Shown here one piece after another: positions 29,549 through 40,828 of a stretch of 64,000 nucleotides of DNA. A program made the translations under genes and the position numbers. Location of the stretch: the NCBI GenBank assembly GCA_945872795.1, contig CAMCAZ010000006.1:13403-77402 (forward strand), in the 5' to 3' direction. The stretch's first letter is position 1, and every line of letters starts with the position of its first letter. The stretch is from Chryseobacterium gleum (GTDB lineage: Bacteria > Bacteroidota > Bacteroidia > Flavobacteriales_F > PHOS-HE28). Below the pieces are notes generated by a model. The model was not told the origin of the DNA. It ran no database searches and saw nothing but the letters and a program-made list of their open reading frames with translations.

Positions 29549-31960
29549 ATGAGAATTCGTATCGCGTCGATGTTCATGGTGCTGCTGGGCGTTCCGCTGC
29601 AGGCACAGACACTGTTATCAGGTACGGTCACCAGCGGGGGCGCTACGAAGTTGGATGGCGCCAACATCAGTGTGGGCGACGAACAACGCTTCGGCACCTG
29701 GGCGGATCGGGAGGGGAAGTTCCTGCTGGCCGACCTGCGGCCCGGCCCGCTGCGACTTCGTGTGTCGTACGTGGGTCATTGGCCACTGGATACCCTGGTG
29801 ACACTGGTGGAAGGTGCCAACAGTGTGATGCTGAGTCTGGCCCCAACGGCGCTGATGATGCGGGAGGCCGAGATCACTGCCTTGCGGGCAGGGGAACGTT
29901 CACCCTTTGCACAAACGAAGGTCACCCGGGAGGAGCTGGACCGCATCAACACCGGCGTGGACCTGCCGATCCTGCTCGATCAGCAACCCGGAGTGGTCAC
30001 CTCCACGGATGCCGGAACGGGGATCGGGTACACCGGGATCCGGATCAGGGGGACGGATGCCACGCGCATCAACGTCACGCTCAACGGCGTACCCATCAAC
30101 GATGCGGAAAGCCAGGCCGTTTTCTGGGTGAACATGCCGGACCTTGCCACAAGCCTGGAGGACGTGCAGGTGCAACGTGGGGTGGGCACCAGTACCAATG
30201 GTCCCGGAGCCTTCGGGGCCAGCATCAACATGCGCAGTTCCACCGTTCGGCGTGATGCTTTCGGCGAGGTGAACCTGTCCGGAGGTTCGTTCAACACCCA
30301 GCGTTATGGCGTTCGTTTCGGAACAGGACTGTTGAACGCGGGTGAGGGGAAGGACCGCTCCGGCTCCTTCAGCCTGGATGGTCGGCTGTCCTCCATCCGG
30401 AGCGATGGTTTCGTGGACCGCGCGACAGCCGATCTGCAGAGCTACTTCCTGCAGGGGGCGTGGATGGGAAGGGATCGTTCCCTGCGCTTCATCACCTTCA
30501 GCGGAAAGGAGGTCACCTACCAAGCTTGGGCGGGCGTCTCTCCCGATGTGCTGGATACCAACCGGACCTACAATCCGTACACGTACGAGAACGAGGTGGA
30601 CAATTATCAGCAGACCCATTATCAGCTCTTGTTCGAGCAGCGGCTGGGTGACCGCGGAACACTGAACATCACCGGTTTTCGTGTGCTCGGCGAGGGCTAC
30701 TTTGAGCAGTTCCGCGACGAGGATGACCTGTCCACCTATGGTATTGAACCCCTGGTCACAGGGGTCGACACCTTCCTGACCAGTGACCTCATCCGTCGGC
30801 GATGGTTGGATAATGTGCTCACGGGCGTGAACATCAGCACCGAACTTGCCCTGGGCGAACATCGGCTGCTGGTCGGAGGCAGCTACAGCGATTATCGGGG
30901 TGCCCATTTCGGGGAGCTCATCTGGTCGCGATGGGCGGGCAGCACGGACATCCGCGATCGGTATTACGAGAACGATGCGGTGAAGACCGACGCCAATGTC
31001 TTCGCCAAGCTGCTTTGGTCGCTGAACGATCGGGTCGACCTCTTCGGTGACCTTCAGTTACGCCAGGTGAACTACTCCTTCCTGGGCTTCGACAATGACC
31101 TGGAGAACATCACCCAGGAAGTGGATTTCCTGTTCGTCAACCCCAAGTTGGGGTTGAACGTGCGCGCAGGCGATGCCGGACGTGCCTATGCTTCCGTGGC
31201 CGTGGCCAACCGGGAACCCAATCGCGACGACCTCACGGAGACCACGCCCCAGAGCAGGCCCACCAGTGAACGGCTCACCGACCTAGAGGTCGGGTACGAC
31301 CACCGGGCGGGAAGGATGAGTTTCGGGGCGAACGGCTATTGGATGGAGTACCGCGACCAGTTGGTGCTTACCGGTGCCATCAATGACGTGGGCGCCGCCC
31401 TGCGCACCAATGTGCCCAGCAGCTACCGCGCGGGTCTGGAGCTCATGTGGGCGGTGCAGCTTGACCGACAGATCACCTGGCGCGGCAACATCAGCTTCAC
31501 GAGGAACAAGGTCCGCGACCTCACCGAATATGTGGATGACTGGGACAACGGCGGGCAGTTGGCGACACCTTTGGGAGAGCGTGATCTGGCATTCTCGCCT
31601 AACCTGGTGGCGAGCAATGAACTGGGCTTCCGATTTTGGGACAAGCCCGATCGCGGTCATGCCGATCTTGCACTGGTCACCAAGTACGTGGGCCGTCAGT
31701 TCCTGGACAATACTTCCAGCACGGACCGGATGCTCGATCCCTTCCTGGTGAACGATGTGCGGGTCAACCTGGCCTTGGTCGGGCTGAAGGCGGGTCGCAG
31801 CATCGACCTGAACCTCACGGTGAGGAACGTGTTCAGTGAGCTGTACGAGAGCAACGGATGGGCCTACAGCTTCAGTTACGAGGGCCGACGCCAGTCGCTC
31901 ATTGGTCTCTACCCCCAGGCCCCCGTGAACGTTCTGGGCGGGGTGACGCTGCGTTTCTGA
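29549..31960 (+). CDS. TonB-dependent receptor with CarboxypepD_reg-like N-domain (riboswitch-controlled)
   Basis: Signal peptide, plug motifs (GIRIRGTDATRINVTLNGVPINDAESQ), barrel ending GVTLRF. Confidence 0.88.
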   Translation: MRIRIASMFMVLLGVPLQAQTLLSGTVTSGGATKLDGANISVGDEQRFGTWADREGKFLLADLRPGPLRLRVSYVGHWPLDTLVTLVEGANSVMLSLAPTALMMREAEITALRAGERSPFAQTKVTREELDRINTGVDLPILLDQQPGVVTSTDAGTGIGYTGIRIRGTDATRINVTLNGVPINDAESQAVFWVNMPDLATSLEDVQVQRGVGTSTNGPGAFGASINMRSSTVRRDAFGEVNLSGGSFNTQRYGVRFGTGLLNAGEGKDRSGSFSLDGRLSSIRSDGFVDRATADLQSYFLQGAWMGRDRSLRFITFSGKEVTYQAWAGVSPDVLDTNRTYNPYTYENEVDNYQQTHYQLLFEQRLGDRGTLNITGFRVLGEGYFEQFRDEDDLSTYGIEPLVTGVDTFLTSDLIRRRWLDNVLTGVNISTELALGEHRLLVGGSYSDYRGAHFGELIWSRWAGSTDIRDRYYENDAVKTDANVFAKLLWSLNDRVDLFGDLQLRQVNYSFLGFDNDLENITQEVDFLFVNPKLGLNVRAGDAGRAYASVAVANREPNRDDLTETTPQSRPTSERLTDLEVGYDHRAGRMSFGANGYWMEYRDQLVLTGAINDVGAALRTNVPSSYRAGLELMWAVQLDRQITWRGNISFTRNKVRDLTEYVDDWDNGGQLATPLGERDLAFSPNLVASNELGFRFWDKPDRGHADLALVTKYVGRQFLDNTSSTDRMLDPFLVNDVRVNLALVGLKAGRSIDLNLTVRNVFSELYESNGWAYSFSYEGRRQSLIGLYPQAPVNVLGGVTLRF

Positions 31961-32031
31961 ACCGACCTAACTAAAGTTCTATTGCAGCTGCCTTGACGTG
32001 GTCCTAGATTGCGCTCAAAGTTTCCGTTGCC

Positions 32032-34104
32032 ATGGACGTACGATCTGCTCTTTCCCTGTTCTTCGGCTTGGCGATGGCCTCGGCCACCGCTCAGAACGAT
32101 TACGATGCACGCATCCTTTCCTATGAAGGACTGAAGTTCTCCTGTGAAGGGTCGGTGCAGCCGAACCTGAAGATCCAGAACGTGGGTGGTCAATCCATGA
32201 GCACCTGCGTGGTGGAGACCTGGAAGAACGGACTGCAGGTCAATTCCTTCAATTGGATCCTGGCCATCCCGGCCCTAAGCGGAGATGTACGGCAACCGGC
32301 CCTTCCACCCATCGGTGATGTGTTACCCGGTGATGAGGTGGAGTTCCGCATCAAGACGGTGAACACGGTGCCCGACCAGGGGGCCGAAGGAAATGACCTG
32401 ACCGTGGCACTGGACCAGGTGCCCAAGTTCGCGGAGGGCGGTGCGGTGATGGTCGAGGTCACCACCGGAGTCGTTACCGGGGAGGTGAGTTGGAGCATCA
32501 AGAACGCCTTGTCGCAAGTGGTGGCCCAGGGTGGACCCTACGTGGAGTCCAATACGATCATGCAGGTCCCGGTGGCGCTCAATGATCTGGACTGTTATGC
32601 GTTCGCCGCCTCCGATGCTTCACGGGGAACATCGGTGGAGGTGCAGATCCGCGTGCTCGATGCCAACGGCGCCGTGATCGACGTGGATGGCACGGAACTG
32701 ATCACCCCATACTCCGAAGGCCTTCGCACCGGGAACGGCAACCCCTGCAGCCAGGACCTGACCCTGGAACTGTCCACGGACGATGGGAGCGAGGAGACCT
32801 CCTGGGAGGTCGTCGTGCAGGGCACCAATGCAGTGCTGTGCGCAGGTGTCGGGCTGGCGGACAATGCCACCTACACGGCGGACTGCTGCCTGCAGGAAGG
32901 GTGTTTTGCCTTGCGTGTTTTCGATTCCGCCGGCGATGGAATCACTGGTGGCGGCTACATCCTGCGTACCACGGGCAGCAACCAGCGGATCATCGACAAC
33001 CGCAACAACTTCAACACCGGTTCCGTCAGCGCCATCAGTGGTGGTCAGGGCTTCTGCCTGCCATTGAGCAACGACAAGGTGCTCTTCACCAGCTGTGACA
33101 AGCTGGACTGGACCAACGGCCAGTACGTGGTCGCATCACCCAACGCGGCTGTCAGTGCCGAGTGGATCGTGGGCGGTGCCAACAGCGTACAGGATGCCAA
33201 CAGCGGCTACGAGTTCTGGATCTTCGACCCCAACGGCAGCTACAGCTTCCGTCGTTTCCGCAGCCACAATGTGAGCGACGGTTTCGGACCGGCCAGCGCC
33301 ACCCGGGCCTGCCACATGAAACTGAACAACTGGGCCGTGGCCAGCCAGGTGCCTGCAAACGACCTGATGAACGTACGCGTCCGTGCACGTGTCAACGGTG
33401 TGAACGGTGAGTTCGGCCCTGCCTGCCGCCTGATGATCGACCCGGTGCGTGCTGCCTGCCCGCTGACCAATCTGATGGACATTCCCGGCAACCAGTACTT
33501 CAGCTGCGGCGTGATCCGTCAGTGGGGTCTGAGCAACAGCATCATCGCTGCACGTCCTGTGACCGGTGCCAACCGCTACCAATTCCGCTTCCGCCAGCCC
33601 GGCGAGGGCTTTGAGGTGGTGATCACCCGTACCACCTACACCCTGCCGCTCAACTGGAGCGCCGCCACCGGCCTGCCCCTGCAGAACGGCCAGACCTACG
33701 ATGTGGATGTGCGCGTGAGCAAGGATGGCGGTACTACCTACTGCACCAGCAGCGACCCATGGGGCAACATCTGCTCGGTGACCATCGGCCAGCCCCCTGC
33801 CGGCATCGGCAACCAGAACTTCGCAGCCGCGGGCAGCAATGCCGAACTGCGCATGTTCCCCAACCCCAACCGTGGTGATGTGCTGAACTTCAGCCTCAGC
33901 GCCATTGAAAAAGGTGTGAACACCGTGACCGTGGACATCTACGATCTGACCGGCAAGCGCATGAGCGCCCGCACGATCGCCGTGACCGAGGGTAACGTGA
34001 ACACCACCCTTGACCTAAACGGCGAGCTCGCCGCAGGCATGTACCTGGTGAACATCACGGCGGGAGCCACTGTGCACACCGAGCGACTCGTTCTGCGCCC
34101 ATAG
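32032..34104 (+). CDS. secreted multidomain protein with T9SS C-terminal sorting domain
   Basis: Signal peptide. N-terminal ~190-aa module shared with the next gene. C-terminus MFPNPNRGDVLNFSL...GMYLVNITAG. Confidence 0.75.
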   Translation: MDVRSALSLFFGLAMASATAQNDYDARILSYEGLKFSCEGSVQPNLKIQNVGGQSMSTCVVETWKNGLQVNSFNWILAIPALSGDVRQPALPPIGDVLPGDEVEFRIKTVNTVPDQGAEGNDLTVALDQVPKFAEGGAVMVEVTTGVVTGEVSWSIKNALSQVVAQGGPYVESNTIMQVPVALNDLDCYAFAASDASRGTSVEVQIRVLDANGAVIDVDGTELITPYSEGLRTGNGNPCSQDLTLELSTDDGSEETSWEVVVQGTNAVLCAGVGLADNATYTADCCLQEGCFALRVFDSAGDGITGGGYILRTTGSNQRIIDNRNNFNTGSVSAISGGQGFCLPLSNDKVLFTSCDKLDWTNGQYVVASPNAAVSAEWIVGGANSVQDANSGYEFWIFDPNGSYSFRRFRSHNVSDGFGPASATRACHMKLNNWAVASQVPANDLMNVRVRARVNGVNGEFGPACRLMIDPVRAACPLTNLMDIPGNQYFSCGVIRQWGLSNSIIAARPVTGANRYQFRFRQPGEGFEVVITRTTYTLPLNWSAATGLPLQNGQTYDVDVRVSKDGGTTYCTSSDPWGNICSVTIGQPPAGIGNQNFAAAGSNAELRMFPNPNRGDVLNFSLSAIEKGVNTVTVDIYDLTGKRMSARTIAVTEGNVNTTLDLNGELAAGMYLVNITAGATVHTERLVLRP

Positions 34105-34388
34105 TGCCAGGATCTTTCGGAGCGCCTGCCGTCCCGTCTCTGGGACTTGGTGGGCGCTGGGCGTTCTGTTGCCGTGAACTCGATGGCTTTTGTCGGAGCA
34201 ATTGAGATGGGCGCCATGCGACCTGGCATCCGAGGGAGAGGCGCTGGTCGTCCCTGGAATGGTCATGGACCGCCCACCACGGCGCGTCGTTGGCTACCGC
34301 CCTTGCGAGCCGAGCAAGATCATGCTAACCAATGTTCTATTGCACGGGGCATGGAGCGGCAGTAGTTTCGACGCCTTATGATCACACC

Positions 34389-35366
34389 ATGGAACGACCC
34401 CGTCTACTGACCTTCATCGCTTTCGCCACATTCTGCTCCGCACAAGTTGAGGGACAGGTCACCTACGATGCCCGCATACTGGAATACACGGGTCTGCGCT
34501 ATGTCTGTGAAGATGAGGTGGTGCCCCTGCTGAAGATCGTGAACAACGGCACGGCGACCATGATCACCTGTGTGGTGGAGACCTGGAAGAACGGCTCGCC
34601 GGTGGGTTCCTTCGATTGGCAGTTGGCGGTACCGGCGCTTCAGGGCGACGTGCGGCAACCCGCGTTGCCCGGGGTGGGGGGAGTGTCTCTGGGAGACGTC
34701 CTCGAGTTCCGGATCATCAGTGTGAATGAGCAGGCCGACCAGAACAGCGAGGGCAACGTGTTCGAAGTGGAGATGGACCAGGTGCCTGCAATGGCCGATG
34801 GTTATCTGGTGATGCTGGAAGTGCTCACCGATGAGGCTCCGGAGGAAACGACCTGGGCCATGCATGGTCAGGCGGGCCAGGTGGTGGCGCAGGGTGGGCC
34901 CTACGCCATGGCGGGGACCATCGAGCAGGTCTGGCTCACCTTGCAACCGTCCGCTTGTTACGAGCTACGCGTGACCGATGCCCAGGGTGATGGTATGGCC
35001 GGTGGTCACGTCAAGGTCTTCAGCAATGGGGTCGAGGTCGTTTTCATGGATGGGACGGCGCTTGCCGATCGGTACTCGGTCGGGCTGGTGACCGGAACGG
35101 AAGTGGGAGTGGAGGAACTTCATCAGCGGACCATTGAGCTCTATCCGAATCCAACGACGGGCGCCGTTCGGTCCCGTTGGATGGGCGCTACAACGTCACC
35201 GATCGACGTTCGGGTGATGGATGCCATGGGGCGGATGGTACAACAGGCTGCGATCAACGCGCCCTTGGTGGAGATCGACCTGGGCCGTTTGGAGCCCGGG
35301 GCGTACACCATCCTGTTGACCGATGCTTCGGGTGCGCGCTACCGGAGCACTGTGGTACGCGAGTGA
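34389..35366 (+). CDS. shorter paralog of 32032-34104 with T9SS C-terminal sorting domain
   Basis: Trimmed to MERPRLLTFIAFATFCSAQ. Shares CVVETWKNG, GDVRQPALP and VVAQGGPY with the upstream gene. C-terminus LYPNPTTGAV...GAYTILLTD. Confidence 0.75.
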   Translation: MERPRLLTFIAFATFCSAQVEGQVTYDARILEYTGLRYVCEDEVVPLLKIVNNGTATMITCVVETWKNGSPVGSFDWQLAVPALQGDVRQPALPGVGGVSLGDVLEFRIISVNEQADQNSEGNVFEVEMDQVPAMADGYLVMLEVLTDEAPEETTWAMHGQAGQVVAQGGPYAMAGTIEQVWLTLQPSACYELRVTDAQGDGMAGGHVKVFSNGVEVVFMDGTALADRYSVGLVTGTEVGVEELHQRTIELYPNPTTGAVRSRWMGATTSPIDVRVMDAMGRMVQQAAINAPLVEIDLGRLEPGAYTILLTDASGARYRSTVVRE

Positions 35367-35387
35367 CCCTGTTCTGCAGGGAGGGCT

Positions 35388-37352
35388 TCAGTTCGGCTTC
35401 GGTCCGCGGTGAACAAAGAACATCTCCAGCTCACCCTTCCCTTTGGCCTGCACTCTTCCCCGTGCGGTGAAGCTCAGCTGCCCCTCGTCCTTGACCAAGG
35501 CATGGGTGCTTTCGCTGATGTTCACCTGTCCCACCTCGCCGCTGCTTTCCATGCGGCTGGCGGTGTTCACGGTATCGCCCCAGATGTCGTAGGCGAACTT
35601 GCGAAGCCCCACGATGCCCGCCACCACAGGTCCGGTGTGCAGTCCCACGCGCATCTGGAAGCTGGGTAGGCCCGCACGCTGGCGTTCCGCATGGCGCTGC
35701 TGGATGAAGGCCTGCATGTCCAGTGCGGCCAGTACGGCGTGTCGCGCGGCATCCGGACGGGGTTCAGGGACCCCGCTCGCGGCCATGTAAGCGTCACCGA
35801 TGGTCTTGATCTTCTCCACCCCGTGCCGGTCAACAATGGTGTCAAATGCCTTGAAGCAGGTGTTCAGTTCCTCCACCAGTTCATCCGGTGACAATTTCTC
35901 GCTGACCTGCGTGAAGCCCTTGAAGTCCGTGAAGAGGATGGTGACCTCCTCGAACGAACGGGTATCCGCATGGCCCTTGGCCTTCAGTTCAGCCGCCACC
36001 TGTTCCGGCAGGATGTTGTGCAGCAGTTCATCACTGCGGTCGCGTTCTTTCTGGATGGCGGCACGTGAACGACGGGTGTACCGCAGGCGGCTCCACAGGG
36101 CACCTGCGATCAACAGCACCCCGATCCCGGAGAAGAGGATGATGTTCCGCTGCTCCCGTTCCTCGCCGAGTTCCTGTTGATGGGCCAGGTCACGTTCGAA
36201 ACGCTGCCGCACATTATTGAGGCTGTCCGCGATCTGGCGTTCCTGGAATTGCCGTTGCATGTCCAGGCGCAGGACCTCCTTGCCGTTGTTCAGCGTCTCC
36301 AGCGAATCGCTCACCTGCATGAATTCCTTCTGGGCGTAGAACGCACTGCGCAGATCACCCAACGCTTCAAAGGCGTTCATGAGGCACTCGCTGCACTCCT
36401 TCCGCTGTTGGGGAAGTCCGATGGAACGCGCGAGCTGCAGTCCCTTGGTGCAGGCCTCCTTCGCGGCCAGCGCCTTGCCCTGGTCCAGGAACAGGAGCCC
36501 CCGGTAGTAGTGGTTGCGCGCCAGCTGGCGGTTGATGCCCAAGGCCTCGAAGAGGAAATACGCAGAGTCGAGGGCTGCGGATGCCTCCGTGGCCCGGTCC
36601 AGTTCGCTGTACGTGCGGCCAAGGTTATTGAAGGCCATGCCCATTTCCAGCTTGCGGCCGATGGTCCGGTACACTGCCAGGCTTCCCAGGAATTCCTCCA
36701 AGGCCATGGTCCTGTCACCCATGGCCAGGTGGGTGGCACCGAGGTTCATCAAGGCCTGCGCACGGCCCTTGTCATTGTCAAGGTCCTCAGCCAGCTGGGC
36801 GCTTAGTTGGTACTGCTCCAGCGCCTTGGGCAGGTCGCCCAGCTCCGTATGGATGTTGCCGATGTTGTTGTAGGTGCCGGCAAGCCCCTCCGCGTTGCCC
36901 AGTTCAGTGTCGATCCGAAGGCTCTTTTGGAGGTGTTCAAGCGCGAGGGGCAGGTCGCCGAGGTTCTTGTACACGTTGCTCATGTTGCTGAACGTGTTGG
37001 CCTCCCGCTTGCGGTCCTTCATCGCCTGGGCGGTGAGCAGGCATTGTTGGAAGTAGCTCAGCGAGGCCGCGTAGTCGCTTTTCATGCTGCTGCCCACGGC
37101 CATGGTGGTATACGCCTCATACCGCGCCTTGTCGTCACCGGCCTCCACGGCCAGTGCGAGTTGCCGGTGTGCCAATGCCAACCCACTGTCCGGCTGCTCG
37201 AACACCGTCTTCCAAGCCAGGACCTGCATGGCCTTCAAGCGGGCACTGTCAGCCTGGGCCAGGTCGTTCCACACGCTCCAAAGCGAGTCGTTCTGAGCCC
37301 GGGCAGAGAGCAGCAGGAGCAGGCAGATGATCAGGTGTAGTGGACGGAGCAT
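35388..37352 (-). CDS. TPR-repeat, membrane-anchored class III adenylate/guanylate cyclase
   Basis: Signal peptide, about eight TPR-like repeats, one TM helix, cyclase motifs ILFTDFKGFT and KTIGDAYMAASG. Confidence 0.88.
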   Translation of the reverse strand: MLRPLHLIICLLLLLSARAQNDSLWSVWNDLAQADSARLKAMQVLAWKTVFEQPDSGLALAHRQLALAVEAGDDKARYEAYTTMAVGSSMKSDYAASLSYFQQCLLTAQAMKDRKREANTFSNMSNVYKNLGDLPLALEHLQKSLRIDTELGNAEGLAGTYNNIGNIHTELGDLPKALEQYQLSAQLAEDLDNDKGRAQALMNLGATHLAMGDRTMALEEFLGSLAVYRTIGRKLEMGMAFNNLGRTYSELDRATEASAALDSAYFLFEALGINRQLARNHYYRGLLFLDQGKALAAKEACTKGLQLARSIGLPQQRKECSECLMNAFEALGDLRSAFYAQKEFMQVSDSLETLNNGKEVLRLDMQRQFQERQIADSLNNVRQRFERDLAHQQELGEEREQRNIILFSGIGVLLIAGALWSRLRYTRRSRAAIQKERDRSDELLHNILPEQVAAELKAKGHADTRSFEEVTILFTDFKGFTQVSEKLSPDELVEELNTCFKAFDTIVDRHGVEKIKTIGDAYMAASGVPEPRPDAARHAVLAALDMQAFIQQRHAERQRAGLPSFQMRVGLHTGPVVAGIVGLRKFAYDIWGDTVNTASRMESSGEVGQVNISESTHALVKDEGQLSFTARGRVQAKGKGELEMFFVHRGPKPN

Positions 37353-37492
37353 TGGTGAGCGCGTGAAGATAGGAGGGTCTATCGAGGCAGCGTTGTGCTG
37401 GGCTCCAGCGTCATATCTCTAAACGGCCTATGTGCTGAAGGTGCGCGAAGCATCTGGGAGAGTGCGCATGGCCCGCTTCGTAAAGCACTGAC

Positions 37493-38233
37493 TCACCCGT
37501 GCACCGCCTCGCTCATGGCGAAGATGAGCTCGGGGTCCTGCTCGAAGGCGGTCCCTACCACCAGCACATCCGCCCCGGCCTCGCACAAAGCGCGGGCTGT
37601 GGCCGTATCCCGTATCCCGCCACCCACGATCAAGGGGATGTTCACCGTGCCCCGGACCGCTGCGATCATGGCAGGGCTTACGCTACGCAGGGCACCGCTG
37701 CCCGTGTCAAGATAAATGGTCTGCAATCCGAGCAGTTCGCCGGCAAGCGCGGTGGCCGCAGCGATCCCCGGTTTGTCATGGGGGATGGGCAGCGTCTGGC
37801 TCACATAGCTCACGGTCGTCGGCCTGCCACCATCGACCAGCATGTAACCGGTGGGGATGGCCTCCAGGCCCAAGGCCTTGATGGTGGGCGCGGCCGTGAC
37901 ATGGTGCCCGATCAGCAGTTCCGCATTGCGCCCGCTGATCAATGACAGGAACAGCACGGCATCGGCATGGCGACTGAGCTGGGAGGGGCTTCCCGGGAAC
38001 AGCACCACCGGGCGGTCCGAAAGTTCCCGTACCCGTTGGACACATTCGTCGAAGCGGGCAGAGGTGAGCAGGCTTCCTCCCACGAAGATCAGGTCGGCCT
38101 TGGCCATGCAGGCGTTCTGGACCGTCCGTTCAAGGAGCTGTCCGTCCTCGCCGAGGTCCGGATCGATGAGCACTGCCAGGAGCTTTTGCCCTGAACTCTT
38201 TGCCTTCTTCAGCTGTTCCATCACGCCGCCCAT
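37493..38233 (-). CDS. geranylgeranylglyceryl phosphate synthase family protein (PcrB/GGGPS)
   Basis: LLAVLIDPD, FPGS, YLDTGSGA and LIVGGGIR motifs. Start is either 38233 or 38221. Confidence 0.85.
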   Translation of the reverse strand: MGGVMEQLKKAKSSGQKLLAVLIDPDLGEDGQLLERTVQNACMAKADLIFVGGSLLTSARFDECVQRVRELSDRPVVLFPGSPSQLSRHADAVLFLSLISGRNAELLIGHHVTAAPTIKALGLEAIPTGYMLVDGGRPTTVSYVSQTLPIPHDKPGIAAATALAGELLGLQTIYLDTGSGALRSVSPAMIAAVRGTVNIPLIVGGGIRDTATARALCEAGADVLVVGTAFEQDPELIFAMSEAVHG

Positions 38234-38276
38234 GCCTGCGAACTTAGAAAACCCCCTGCGATCCAGCGCCAAAGCT

Positions 38277-38284
38277 TAAATTTG
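38277..38284 (+). promoter_or_regulatory. -7 box TAAATTTG, 7 nt upstream of the ahcY ATG
   Basis: Exact TAnnTTTG match; implies a leaderless or near-leaderless mRNA. Confidence 0.55.
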
Positions 38285-38291
38285 CCGACCT

Positions 38292-39617
<1,326 letters not shown>

Positions 39618-39633
39618 GCATCAGCGCAACAAC

Positions 39634-39675
39634 AGAAGCCCCGGCTCCGCGAAGGAAGCCGGGGCTTCTTTATTC
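39634..39675 (+). terminator. intrinsic terminator after ahcY, possibly bidirectional
   Basis: agaagccccggct / agccggggcttct 13-bp stem followed by TTATT. Confidence 0.8.
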
Positions 39676-39775
39676 CGGGTGTGCTCATTTACCCGCGCCT
39701 ACTGCGGGTGGCAAGTGATATGCTGGCGGACCAGTGCATTCACCCGCTGCTCACCACTTCGATCTCCTTACCCCC

Positions 39776-40198
39776 TTAATTGAAGATGCGGAGCGTGGTG
39801 CCGTTGAAGCTGGTGTTGTACCGCTGAAGGTTCAGTGCTGCCGGGCCTTGCACCACGCTGCCATCGGTGATCAGGAAGGCCGACCCACAGCACAATGTGT
39901 CCCGGGCGATGAGCTCACTGTCATCCACGAACACCCGGCACAGGTCGGCAGGCTGGTAGGGGCAATGTCGGTCGAGGGCCACAAAGGTCTCCGGTGAACT
40001 GCGATAGACCAGGATGCCCAGAGACCCACCGCTGAGGTAGACCCACCCGCCGGGTACGGCCAGATCGGCGTACGATGGATTGTTCACATTGATGCTGATG
40101 TCCACCAACGACAAGGGAACGCCCCCCCGCTCATCCTTGCGGCAGCCAGGGCCCAGAAGCATGATCAGTGCGAGAAGCAATGCAGGGAACTTTGACAT
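39776..40198 (-). CDS. hypothetical lipoprotein
   Basis: Trimmed to MSKFPALLLALIMLLGPGC (lipobox); Cys-rich C-terminal half. Confidence 0.55.
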   Translation of the reverse strand: MSKFPALLLALIMLLGPGCRKDERGGVPLSLVDISINVNNPSYADLAVPGGWVYLSGGSLGILVYRSSPETFVALDRHCPYQPADLCRVFVDDSELIARDTLCCGSAFLITDGSVVQGPAALNLQRYNTSFNGTTLRIFN

Positions 40199-40228
40199 GT
40201 GGAGACCTTGGTGCACGGTTACAACGTC

Positions 40229-40236
40229 CAAAAGTA
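40229..40236 (-). promoter_or_regulatory. -7 box TACTTTTG for the lipoprotein gene
   Basis: Plus strand caaaagta; 30 nt upstream of the start at 40198. Confidence 0.45.
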
Positions 40237-40276
40237 GGTAACCGTATGCCGCACCTCGTGCTGTATCCTTGCAGTC

Positions 40277-40576
40277 ATGAAGACCGTGCTGCTCCGCTTG
40301 CTCCTATGCGCTATCGTGCTCCTCGGCATGTCCGGAGCGGCCATGGCACAGGACGGCATCAGCAAGAAGCAGCAGGAGAAGAACCTGGCGAAGAAGGGCA
40401 AGGACGACAAGAAGGCCAAGGTGAAGAAGGAGAAGGACGATCGCAAGCGACACCTGTCCATCCAGGACAAGGAGACCAGGAAGCGGATCAAGCGGAATAC
40501 CAAACGCGCGGACCGCGGTGGGCCTGGCCCGCACAGGGACGGGTTCTTCCAGCGCACCTTCGGGCGTCGTCGGTGA
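40277..40576 (+). CDS. small secreted Lys/Arg-rich protein
   Basis: Signal peptide MKTVLLRLLLCAIVLLGMSGAAMAQ followed by a highly basic 75-aa tail. Confidence 0.5.
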   Translation: MKTVLLRLLLCAIVLLGMSGAAMAQDGISKKQQEKNLAKKGKDDKKAKVKKEKDDRKRHLSIQDKETRKRIKRNTKRADRGGPGPHRDGFFQRTFGRRR

Positions 40577-40828
40577 TCGGTCAGAGCTGTATAGGATGAA
40601 CGGAAGTTGGATGCACCATCCGCACCGGCCCGCCGATGTTACCGCTACCTTTCGTCCACATCAACAGCCCATGGCACCATTCGTCACATCCCTCCCGGTC
40701 GGTTCCGGACCCCGATACCACGGGAATGGGCGTCCACACTGGGAAAAGGAAAATTTTGCCGATCCGGGATCTTCCTATATTTACGCCCCCTCGTTGCGCA
40801 GTAAAGCTGAACGTAAAACCTACCGTTG

